IMG/VR virus record: IMGVR_UViG_3300045988_109836
Source: a virus
Direction: 5' to 3' (one strand)
Length of the DNA stretch: 64,000 nucleotides
Shown here: positions 1-8,636 of the stretch, one piece after another
How the letters are laid out: each line of letters starts with the position of its first letter
How positions within the stretch are numbered: the stretch's first letter is position 1
Program-made: the position numbers and the translations under genes
Notes under the pieces: generated by a model
Databases searched by the model: none
Told to the model about the DNA's origin: nothing
What the model saw: the letters and a program-made list of their open reading frames with translations, nothing else

Positions 1-117
1 GTCTGACCCGATTAAGAAAGGGAGCTTTCATACTCCCTTATCAATCACACCACAAAGATAAGATTTGTTTATGACATACGCAATAGCTTATTCCCAATAA
101 AATTGCATATTTAACAT
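1..117 (-). promoter_or_regulatory. Copy A (cut by the window edge) of a conserved ~100-nt early-type promoter/operator module
   Basis: The plus-strand string cacaaagataagatttgtttatgacatacgcaatagcttat aligns with copies at 28402, 35886, 61379 and 63906. The minus-strand -7 box TATCTTTG is at 53-60. gtctgac at 1-7 matches the GTCAAAC pre-ATG box, so the gene it drives lies left of the window. Confidence 0.6.
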
Positions 118-648
118 TTCTTGTGTTTCCTTCTTGATAGGCTTATATCTCGTTTCTGTGGTTAAGTCCCTCTCTGCAACGTTGTTATACTCTTCCAAAG
201 CCTTTTCCTTATCTATGCTTCTTTCAACCCATATACCTATCATCTGGTCCGGCTGCATATCTCCAATAGACACCGGATTATCTTCTGTAGCCTCGTAAAA
301 CTGTACCGTATAGGGTCTGCTATATATATTAGGTGCACTTCCCATATATCGGCTTCCGTCTTCTCCTTCCATCATTCCTACTGCACCCACCTTGAACGAA
401 CACACATTTGTTTCCGGATTTTCAAACCATATCTTCACATCCCTTGCCGCTTCCTGGCTGTCATTATGCAGCACTATAGCCCGGTATTCATTCCTTGCAT
501 TTCTTATTGTATTTACACTCAATTCGTCAAACAAATTACCGAACATGTCATTAGGTATTGCCGTCGAAGACACAAAACCACCCAGTGAATAGGAAACATT
601 CTGTTGTTCTGCCATATAGCCGGAACTCACTGTATACAATAGCCTCAT
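88..648 (-). CDS. Hypothetical protein, last gene of the tail-fibre cluster
   Basis: 186-aa ORF, 13 nt downstream of the preceding minus-strand ORF. No catalytic motif recognised. The function is suggested only by its position after the fibre genes. Confidence 0.6.
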   Translation of the reverse strand: MRLLYTVSSGYMAEQQNVSYSLGGFVSSTAIPNDMFGNLFDELSVNTIRNARNEYRAIVLHNDSQEAARDVKIWFENPETNVCSFKVGAVGMMEGEDGSRYMGSAPNIYSRPYTVQFYEATEDNPVSIGDMQPDQMIGIWVERSIDKEKALEEYNNVAERDLTTETRYKPIKKETQEMLNMQFYWE

Positions 649-661
649 ACCTTGTCCTCCT

Positions 662-1498
662 TTATTTCTTTGATTGTGGCATTCCTGCCAAAGACCAATA
701 TTCTTTTTTTGCTGTATTATCTATCGTAACCGTTCCTCCATTATTTCGTACACGAGCTATAAAAAACTCATTGTTTGATTTCGTAGGGGCTGTTTCCAAT
801 GTTACTTCTTGCGTCAATCCCAATGTAAACCAGTCGTATGTATAAAGTCCTCCCATCTGTGCATCCGTAAACACTTTTCCCAATGGCACGGTTCCCAATA
901 TCACTACTTGCAGATTTGTTTCTGCCACAAAATCAGATTCCGAAGTCAGCACGATATTCTTGTTGTCTATTATATTGACAATTTCGTATACACCGTTATT
1001 TAGAGGCTGTGACCCATCGTCTTTCAAAAATTTTATCGCTACCGGGGTTTTCCCTGCCTGTCCTCTCACCTTGCCGGAAAAGTCCACCGTTCCAGTTACA
1101 ACTCCTTTCTGGTTGATACTCACATATCCGTTTTCATAGTTTTTTGTCGAATACCCGATTTTCAACCAGTAATAAACACTATCTGCCGGGATAGCATAAT
1201 TATCGTATATATTCGCAATATTTATCACTTGTCCCAACGAATTTACTGCCATACCCGGTAATATCTTTACCGTTCCTCCCTGTGTTCCTTGCTGTACATC
1301 AAAAGCCTTATTGTCCACAAAATCCTCTTCCGTCTTGAAATCAGACTTGAATTTAATAGGATTATTTGTCACTATGCCGAAAGAGTAGCTTCCGGCAATT
1401 AAAATCTTTCCCAACAGAGAATTCTGTAGGAAAGACTGCATATTCATCACTTCTTCCTTTTCCAGGAAAGTGTTTCTGTTAACATTTATTTGAGCCAT
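662..1498 (-). CDS. Hypothetical virion/fibre-associated protein
   Basis: 278-aa ORF immediately downstream of the 1818-aa fibre gene, with beta-rich composition. No motif recognised. Confidence 0.6.
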   Translation of the reverse strand: MAQINVNRNTFLEKEEVMNMQSFLQNSLLGKILIAGSYSFGIVTNNPIKFKSDFKTEEDFVDNKAFDVQQGTQGGTVKILPGMAVNSLGQVINIANIYDNYAIPADSVYYWLKIGYSTKNYENGYVSINQKGVVTGTVDFSGKVRGQAGKTPVAIKFLKDDGSQPLNNGVYEIVNIIDNKNIVLTSESDFVAETNLQVVILGTVPLGKVFTDAQMGGLYTYDWFTLGLTQEVTLETAPTKSNNEFFIARVRNNGGTVTIDNTAKKEYWSLAGMPQSKK

Positions 1499-1524
1499 AT
1501 ATCAATAAATTTTTATTTACAAAA

Positions 1525-4500
1525 TTAGAACCATGACGGATGTTGTTTCTTGTAATCTTCGTAACTGAACATCCTTGTACATCCTGCAAAACAACCGTTT
1601 CCATCAATTCTATCTATAGAAGGGAATCCAATTTGTGCGCCGAATATTCTACCTAAATCAAATATCAAAGGCATATATGCGGCTAGTAATGTAGCGCCGC
1701 CTATCTTACCAACCCATCTCGGCTGTGCCGTCATACTTGAACAGTCTTTAAACGTATTTACACAATTAAATACATGTTTCAAAACGCCGGATTCTATAAA
1801 AGCATTAAGTCCGCTTGAATTTGTTACATCACCAAACGTGTATTCTGATGTCTGTAAGTTACTACACCCCTCAAACATACTTTTAATGCTTACCGATACA
1901 GAATGTCCCGGTGGTGTAACGGGGTTGCCTTGTGAACCTGCTGTTCTCAAATTAATACACCCACTGAAACACTCTACATAAGTATAACATTCCGTCGATT
2001 CTGAAAACAAAGAAGATGTTATCGTTGTTAGTCCACTATTCTTAAACATTGCTAATGCACTAACTATGTTAGGAATTATTACCCCACTCACATTCAACAG
2101 ACTGCTGCACCTCTCAAACATTCTGTCACAAAACACTCTGTTTGCACTAAAATTAAATGCACTTGAACTTATACTTGTCAAATTTTCACATTCATAAAAC
2201 GCCTGAGCCATCGTTAATTCCTGTACAGAGCCAGAAAACATATTAGACGGAAGAGAAGATATACCGGAATCAATACAAAATGCGTTTGCGACTTGTCTTT
2301 TCCCCGAAAAATACTTGAATACTATTCTACAAGGAGATTGTAAATTAGTACAACCGCTAAACATATATTGGCAACTACTTATGTTTAATGCGCCTATATC
2401 GTTACTTATACTTGACATTCCTGTACATTTAGAAAACATATAATCCAAGAATGTTCCATTACTTGATGTCCTTAATTGTCCTTGTACCGAAGATATACCC
2501 TTACATCCGCTAAAACAATAGGAGTAATCGTTTATTATACTTCCTCCAAGTATGCTTGACAAATTTATGGGACCACTCAATCCGCTATCCTTATATGTCT
2601 GCACGAATGTACCACTTGATACAAACCCAAATAATCCTTCTGGTACGCCTTTCAGACTTGAACATCCCTCAAAAAAAGAATCGGTAGAACCGCTCATTAA
2701 ACTTGTAGTCCAACTTACAACCGAATAGAGGCTGCTGCAATTCTTGAACGCCCCTTTATTCCACGAAGTCCTTACATCTTCCACAAACCATTTTATTACC
2801 TTTGTCAAGCAATTCTGGAAACCTGCAAAATTAGAAGCACTCCATGACAAATTAGCCTGCATGCCGTTAAAATCAAACAAAATTATCTTCGTTCCGCTTG
2901 AATTATAGGTGTGTGAGCTTGTTCCTATTGTCTGCTCGCCGTCACCCCATTTTACACGCAAATTGTTAAGTCCTGTAGAGGTTGTATTCATCACCGGAAG
3001 TGTCAAGTTCATACCATTTGACACAAGAACCTCCAATACCGCACCATCTTCCATCGTGATGTTGATTGTCTTTTGAAATTCTTCCGGACCTACCGTATAA
3101 TTTCCTCTTTCCGTAAAATAATTCTGACTTGTAGCTACCCACGCATAGGTATCGTTACATGGCACAATCCATGATACAGAACCGGAAGAGCTTGTTACTC
3201 CAGAACTTACATTGTCCTCTATAGTCACTCCAGAAATAGGAGAGCCGTTTTTGGTACGCACATTATATGTCACCTGGCATTTATTCCTCGGCATCGTAAC
3301 ATTAACATATACATCATCATCTTGTACACTCACAGCGCCATTCTGGCTTTGATATCCTGCTTTTGTGGTCTGCCAGTTAAAATTGCGTGGCGGTACATAT
3401 CCACCAAAAGTGGCTTTTCCGTTTGCGGTCGTATATTGTGATTCATTGCCAAGAACTACCTTCACTCTTTCGATAGGATTTCCGGTATCATCCACAACCG
3501 TAAAGTAAACCCTGTACAGATTAACGCTCAATATAATAGTCGCGTTTGTGTCCGTTTCCTCTACCTGCACAAACGTGTATCCTTGTGTATATTCCGGTAA
3601 CTTGCTTGCATAGGCGTTTCCGCTTGTTCCGGCCTCTACAATGAAAGAACACTGTCCCGTCTGACCTGTATATTGCGTTTGTCCGTTAAACGTCACCTGT
3701 GCGTTCTTTACTACACTTCCGTATCTATCTTTCACGAAGATAGTCAGTGTTACCATCTTTACAGTAAAGTTAACCGGAACCTGTGTATTTCCATATACAG
3801 AGAACGAAGACACCACATCGTTACAATATCTATAAGAAGCCCTGTAATTATAACTTCCGGAAACCAATTGCGTAGTCACCAAACCAAGTTCATTAGTTAT
3901 TAGTGGTTCGCCTTGTCCTATAACCTCAATTTCAGCGCCAGAAGCCTGTACGCCACCAACAGAAGCGTTAAACGTCACATTGTAAGGAACCGCAGCTTTC
4001 TCACTCATTCTTATGGTATATTCATTATCACCTGCCTTTATATTGACGTTTCCCTTTGCCGGGTTATAATCCTGGTGAGACGCGCTCCACTCCCATACGC
4101 CAAGTTCAAGCGTCCAACTTGCAGCAATACCGTTATTGTTAGAATACCTCGTTTCCCCGTTTATTGTCACCACTGCATTTTGAATAGGAGCTTCTGTCTG
4201 TATATCAATAACCTTTACTGTCAGTCTTCCCGTTTGCTTTATCAAGTCTACAGTTATTGCCAACGGCTGGTTTATGACGACTGCCGTTCCGGTTCTTGTC
4301 TCATACCCTTCTCTTGTTACGCTCCACGGATAACTACCTGGTACCCTGTTGAATACAGCGTTACCGCTCGCGTCCGTGTTGGCCGTCTGTTGTTCTTCCC
4401 CTACACCCAGGACTATAGGCTGATTCTTTACTGGTTGGTTATTTATTCTAACTGTAAATATAATGTCATAGGTTACAAGCTTCAATTGCACCTCCACACG

Positions 4501-6981
4501 TTTGTTTTCCCCATTCACCGTTACGACACCTTGTTTGGTATAATAACCTTCTTTTTGTACGGTCCAGTTGTAACCACCGGATATCCGGATAAATTGTGCC
4601 TGCCCACCACTCGTGCTTATCGCTTCCGTTCCTATGGTAACCAAAGCATCGTCAAGCGGTGTATCGTTATCGTCCGTAACATAGAAATCAATCAAATAGC
4701 CTATCTGTACCAAATCGACTTCTACTGTCACATCCCTATCCACGACTTCTACCGTTCCTTCTTGTCCTTTAAACTCTGTTTTTGACACCTTCCAGGAATA
4801 GGAACCTGCTATCTCCACAAACTTTGCAATACCATTACTTGCCGTTTGTAGCGTCGTGCCGTTGAAAGTAACATTCGCTTTTGCTACCGGTAATCCGTTG
4901 CTTCTCACGACAAAGTTTATATTGTATTTCGGTATAGGATTAAATTGTATGTCTATAACCGCATTTCCGTATATGGTAAAATCCTTTTCTACGGTTATAT
5001 ATCCTTCTTTCACGACCTTATAATGATACGTTCCTGCCGGATATACAAACCCTGTTGCAAGACCCTGTGCATTAGAGCTTCCGGTTTGATTAGGAATATC
5101 CTTGCCTGTCACCAATACAGAGGCACCGGACACCGGGTCTACGCCATCCCTTATACGGAATGTCACGTTATAGTACGGTATCTTTTCCATCTCAATTTCT
5201 ATGTTGGTGGAATCCACAATTTCCGCGTTTCTTCTTACCGTATAGTAGTCTTCGTATTCTGCCGTATATTCGTATATTCCCGGAAATACCTCGAACGTCG
5301 CTATGCCGTTTTGTCCGGTATACTGAACTTTTCCTGCAAACGTTACCTTCACGTTCTGCATCCAGTCTTTCGTTTCCTTGTCACGGACAAAGAATGTCAC
5401 GACACGTTCATAGGCAGCACCTTTCAACTGTATGTATTCTACCGCATCCTTGTCCACTAATAGAGAATTCTCTACGCTTTCAAAGTTATCGGCTTCCACC
5501 TCATAATACCATTGTCCGCGCGGTAATATTATCTTTGCTTCTCCGTTTACATCCGTTACAAGCTCTTCCCCGTTTATTGTAATTCTCGCATTCGGTATGT
5601 ACTTGTTCCGATTAGAAAACACCTTGAACAATATCTGATATTCCTCTTCTCCAATATATGGTCTTATTAATTCGCTGCCGAATATGTTCTTATATCCAAC
5701 AAGGTAGTTTTTTAGGAAGGTCTCTACAGTGAATTGCTTCTGATATGCGTTGTTTTTATAATAGGCGGCTATAATATCTCTTTCCCCCAAATATCCCTGT
5801 GAAAACGGCAAATACAACGGCTTTACATGAAAATCGTAAATATATACATACGGCTGGTTGGAAGTCGTTCTTTCCTGCACGAATATCGGTGCTATATACT
5901 TCATACCCGGCTTTATTGACAAGGCACGTCCGGACGGGAAATTAAGCGCTGGCGCATTCAAAAACTTCTCGTTCGTTGACAACAGTATTCCTTTTATGTA
6001 GTAATATATACCGTCGTTCTTTATGTCCAGATATTCGTTTTCGTGGAACCATAGAGAGCTTCCGGTTATCTGTCCGTTCTCCAGTATACCCATAGGCAAC
6101 GGTTCACCGTCTACCGTCTCATATCCTGCCACTCCAAATTTAAGGTTCTGGTTCTCTATTGCAGATACCTTTACTTGTAATGATATTTCGTATGATAAAT
6201 TAGGGTCTATGATAATAAGCTTGTCCAAGTCAACCCTTCCGTCTATACCTACAGTCTGGCTACCGAAAAAAGTCATTGCATTAAATATCTCTTCATCATC
6301 TCCGTTTTCGTCCTGGGTAATGCTTATACTTTCCGGTATCAATAGAGGGTAATTATTCAAGTCCTCTACTCCTTTTGTATATTCATACGCTTTTGATACG
6401 TTCATTACCGTATTCGTCCGGTCACATGTGGGTGAGCTATATCCCATCGCCCATCCTGTAGCTTCCGGTCTCAACAAGGCAAATATAAACTCGTCCAAAG
6501 AATTATACCTTATCAATCGCAACAACTCACCCAATATCTCACCTTCCTTGCTTATGATGTCAAGTCTTCCACGTTTTGAATATTCTTCCAGGTAGTTGTA
6601 AAATAGATATTCCATTTGTTCCTGGCTATCTACCATATTAGTAACCAAACCTCTATTCTGGATAAACATCTCAAACAGAATCTGATTCGTGTCTATCTTC
6701 TTGTATTGCCTTGCATACAACACTATCAAAGCGAATATATGGGTTATAGTTCCCCAAAAGACACGGAAATCCTCGTTCTCTTTCTTTTTTAGGAACGTAG
6801 GCAAAATTCCCCTTCCTTCCAGTTTTTCGAGCACGTTTTCTGCCCACCGTATCACTTCCTTGTCGTTTTCCTCGAAAAAACGACTGAAAGGCAAATTATC
6901 ATATATAGGTGTGGACTGGGGTAAAAATAATCCCCCACACGGGTTTTCTTTCTTTATTCTTTTTTCCATGTTGAGACACAA
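1525..6981 (-). CDS. Large tail fibre/adhesin: N-terminal anchor, about ten CarboxypepD_reg-like beta-sandwich repeats, and a C-terminal BspA-type leucine-rich-repeat (LRR_5-like) domain
   Basis: 1818-aa uninterrupted ORF. It contains repeats of about 85 aa with the pattern V.V.D..g.p...A.V...G....T..nG.a.f....G.Y.y.v.k.GY. The last ~479 aa (about 1528-2964) carry repeated F..C..L..V/I units such as AFKNCSSLYSV, FFEGCSSLKGV, CFSGCKGISSV, MFSKCTGMSSI, MFSGCTNLQSP, AFYECENLTSI, MFERCSSLLNV, MFEGCSNLQTS and TFKDCSSMTA. Confidence 0.75.
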   Translation of the reverse strand: MCLNMEKRIKKENPCGGLFLPQSTPIYDNLPFSRFFEENDKEVIRWAENVLEKLEGRGILPTFLKKKENEDFRVFWGTITHIFALIVLYARQYKKIDTNQILFEMFIQNRGLVTNMVDSQEQMEYLFYNYLEEYSKRGRLDIISKEGEILGELLRLIRYNSLDEFIFALLRPEATGWAMGYSSPTCDRTNTVMNVSKAYEYTKGVEDLNNYPLLIPESISITQDENGDDEEIFNAMTFFGSQTVGIDGRVDLDKLIIIDPNLSYEISLQVKVSAIENQNLKFGVAGYETVDGEPLPMGILENGQITGSSLWFHENEYLDIKNDGIYYYIKGILLSTNEKFLNAPALNFPSGRALSIKPGMKYIAPIFVQERTTSNQPYVYIYDFHVKPLYLPFSQGYLGERDIIAAYYKNNAYQKQFTVETFLKNYLVGYKNIFGSELIRPYIGEEEYQILFKVFSNRNKYIPNARITINGEELVTDVNGEAKIILPRGQWYYEVEADNFESVENSLLVDKDAVEYIQLKGAAYERVVTFFVRDKETKDWMQNVKVTFAGKVQYTGQNGIATFEVFPGIYEYTAEYEDYYTVRRNAEIVDSTNIEIEMEKIPYYNVTFRIRDGVDPVSGASVLVTGKDIPNQTGSSNAQGLATGFVYPAGTYHYKVVKEGYITVEKDFTIYGNAVIDIQFNPIPKYNINFVVRSNGLPVAKANVTFNGTTLQTASNGIAKFVEIAGSYSWKVSKTEFKGQEGTVEVVDRDVTVEVDLVQIGYLIDFYVTDDNDTPLDDALVTIGTEAISTSGGQAQFIRISGGYNWTVQKEGYYTKQGVVTVNGENKRVEVQLKLVTYDIIFTVRINNQPVKNQPIVLGVGEEQQTANTDASGNAVFNRVPGSYPWSVTREGYETRTGTAVVINQPLAITVDLIKQTGRLTVKVIDIQTEAPIQNAVVTINGETRYSNNNGIAASWTLELGVWEWSASHQDYNPAKGNVNIKAGDNEYTIRMSEKAAVPYNVTFNASVGGVQASGAEIEVIGQGEPLITNELGLVTTQLVSGSYNYRASYRYCNDVVSSFSVYGNTQVPVNFTVKMVTLTIFVKDRYGSVVKNAQVTFNGQTQYTGQTGQCSFIVEAGTSGNAYASKLPEYTQGYTFVQVEETDTNATIILSVNLYRVYFTVVDDTGNPIERVKVVLGNESQYTTANGKATFGGYVPPRNFNWQTTKAGYQSQNGAVSVQDDDVYVNVTMPRNKCQVTYNVRTKNGSPISGVTIEDNVSSGVTSSSGSVSWIVPCNDTYAWVATSQNYFTERGNYTVGPEEFQKTINITMEDGAVLEVLVSNGMNLTLPVMNTTSTGLNNLRVKWGDGEQTIGTSSHTYNSSGTKIILFDFNGMQANLSWSASNFAGFQNCLTKVIKWFVEDVRTSWNKGAFKNCSSLYSVVSWTTSLMSGSTDSFFEGCSSLKGVPEGLFGFVSSGTFVQTYKDSGLSGPINLSSILGGSIINDYSYCFSGCKGISSVQGQLRTSSNGTFLDYMFSKCTGMSSISNDIGALNISSCQYMFSGCTNLQSPCRIVFKYFSGKRQVANAFCIDSGISSLPSNMFSGSVQELTMAQAFYECENLTSISSSAFNFSANRVFCDRMFERCSSLLNVSGVIIPNIVSALAMFKNSGLTTITSSLFSESTECYTYVECFSGCINLRTAGSQGNPVTPPGHSVSVSIKSMFEGCSNLQTSEYTFGDVTNSSGLNAFIESGVLKHVFNCVNTFKDCSSMTAQPRWVGKIGGATLLAAYMPLIFDLGRIFGAQIGFPSIDRIDGNGCFAGCTRMFSYEDYKKQHPSWF

Positions 6982-7048
6982 TTAATTGCGCAGTAAAAAT
7001 ACGATTAATTTTGGATATTACGAAAACAAACGCAACGAAAATACTGTA

Positions 7049-7129
7049 GAACCGTTCCACTACCTCAATCTCCTTTGTTCAAGACAGTACAATAACAATA
7101 GAGGCTCTGAAGGTAGGGGTGTGGGTGAA
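7049..7129. repeat. IR-L: left copy of a perfect 81-bp inverted repeat
   Basis: gaaccgttccactacctcaatctcctttgttcaagacagtacaataacaatagaggctctgaaggtaggggtgtgggtgaa is the exact reverse complement of 10089-10169. I checked this base by base. Confidence 0.97.
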
Positions 7130-8582
7130 CAACAGAAGAGTAGAACAATATTCTACATATATAGGCATATATGATAAACCGTATAAAGGGGCTTATACTG
7201 GTGTTGTAAATTTACCAAGTGAAGAAAGTAAATTGTATGCTATTAGTAATTCTTTTGGTATTGTATTCCCTATGTATTATAGGGATACATATATGGTTGG
7301 GTATTCTGTCTATCTGGCCAGTAGTAAATTTAATGAATGGCTTATAGCTAAGTTATATAAAGGTAATAATATATGGAGTAATAATTATCCAAATTCAATA
7401 GATGATTATAATATTTTTGGTTTATCAATAAGTTATCCTTATTATTATTTTAAAGAAAATAATAATTCAGTAATTACATTTATTTCTTATGCAATTGACT
7501 TAAGAATAACTTGGTATGTGATACTAATTTATGGAGATACCAGTTCTAAGTTAAGTTCATATATGTCGCAAAGATTTTATACCAGTAATGCAGTAGGAGA
7601 CCAACATAAATATTTTAATAATTATTCTGTAAAGAAATATGCTTCTGTTATTAAATGTATTCCTTCTTCAAGAGGTTATGTTTATATTTATACTATTGGA
7701 AACCACGGTAATTCTTTTTTTCGGATAATAAGAGGTGAAACATCGAATAATGGTTATCCAACTGAATATCAAATTAGTTATTTAGATATATCGGGATATC
7801 CTTACAAAGACGAAGGTAGAGTAGAACATATGGGATGGTTAGTATTGAGAAGTGATAACGAAAAAGTGATTATTTTAGTAAAATCACAAGATAGAACATA
7901 TGGAGATACGCATGCTAAATTTTATTACGGAATATGGAAAGCGTCTGTAGGGCAATATGGAGAAAGTTTATTATCAAGTAGTAATTATAGATGTTATTAC
8001 AACATTCCCTCTGCAATTACATCTGTAATAGGTGGTGATTACTGGGTATCGCCAGATTTAAAATGGTTATTCTACATATCACTAAGTGGAGCTAATTACC
8101 AAGGATTTTCTAAAGGATTACATACTATAAAAGGGTCATCAGCTCTTTTTGGAGATAATGGATGGACTGGAGTTTCTTATGAAATGGAAGGAGGAGGTAC
8201 AGATATTTTAAACGCTTGTCAGAACTATTATATATTAGATGTTCAATTTAATAGCAAATCTGATAAAATAATGGTTCTTGGGAATTCTTCTAAAGGTGCA
8301 TTTACAGATGTGGAACCTCGATATAGTTATGCAGAAGGTATTCAACCAGATATAATACTTTATTTTATTTGGGTGGAAAATAAGAAAAAATTTATCAAAT
8401 TAAATAGTTCTTTTATAGGAGGAGATGCGCTTTGGAATGATTATAATAACTCTATATCTGGAGGCAAAGGTAATGCCTATAAACCTTTAATCAATTTTGT
8501 AAATGGAGAAATTAACTTCATGTATCCTGGAGGGAATGAGCCGTTTAATGCGTATAGATATAATTTGAGTTTCGGAGATTGA
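7050..8582 (+). CDS. Silent alternative C-terminal cassette of the 3420-aa fibre, with no start codon or promoter of its own
   Basis: The frame opens right after TAG at 7047-7049 and reads NRSTTSISFVQDSTITIEALKVGVWV. This is identical to the IR-encoded peptide in the 3420-aa ORF. It then continues into ~484 unique aa. The track ORF 7119..8582 only begins at a GTG inside the IR. The last ~200 aa are homologous to the active C-terminus: YYNIPSAITSVIGGDYWVSPD vs CYNNIPSSITNNMGGNVWMSKD, NYYILDVQFNSKSDKIMVLGNSSKGA vs NYYVLDVIFNKDGSKMIVLCNGQKGA, and endings LSFGD vs LTFND. Confidence 0.8.
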   Translation, partial: NRSTTSISFVQDSTITIEALKVGVWVNNRRVEQYSTYIGIYDKPYKGAYTGVVNLPSEESKLYAISNSFGIVFPMYYRDTYMVGYSVYLASSKFNEWLIAKLYKGNNIWSNNYPNSIDDYNIFGLSISYPYYYFKENNNSVITFISYAIDLRITWYVILIYGDTSSKLSSYMSQRFYTSNAVGDQHKYFNNYSVKKYASVIKCIPSSRGYVYIYTIGNHGNSFFRIIRGETSNNGYPTEYQISYLDISGYPYKDEGRVEHMGWLVLRSDNEKVIILVKSQDRTYGDTHAKFYYGIWKASVGQYGESLLSSSNYRCYYNIPSAITSVIGGDYWVSPDLKWLFYISLSGANYQGFSKGLHTIKGSSALFGDNGWTGVSYEMEGGGTDILNACQNYYILDVQFNSKSDKIMVLGNSSKGAFTDVEPRYSYAEGIQPDIILYFIWVENKKKFIKLNSSFIGGDALWNDYNNSISGGKGNAYKPLINFVNGEINFMYPGGNEPFNAYRYNLSFGD

Positions 8583-8589
8583 TAGTTTA

Positions 8590-8636
8590 TAAAAAGCGTC
8601 CATACCAATTAAAAAAGTATGGACGCTCGTTTTATT
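8590..8636. terminator. Bidirectional intrinsic terminator between the two convergent fibre cassettes
   Basis: The stem is agcgtccatac (8595-8605) paired with gtatggacgct (8617-8627). An A-run lies upstream and cgttttattt downstream, so both strands see a hairpin followed by a U-run. Confidence 0.8.

Noticed and set aside
3673-6352. A series of plus-strand ORFs (for example 3913-4785 at 290 aa and 4945-5460 at 171 aa) inside the 1818-aa fibre gene.
   Set aside because: They are antisense to a long uninterrupted ORF with a clear domain structure. Their translations are Cys/Arg/Tyr-rich nonsense with no start context.
6986-7174. 62-aa plus-strand ORF spanning IR-L.
   Set aside because: It is out of frame with the cassette reading frame that matches the fibre peptide, short, and has no start context.
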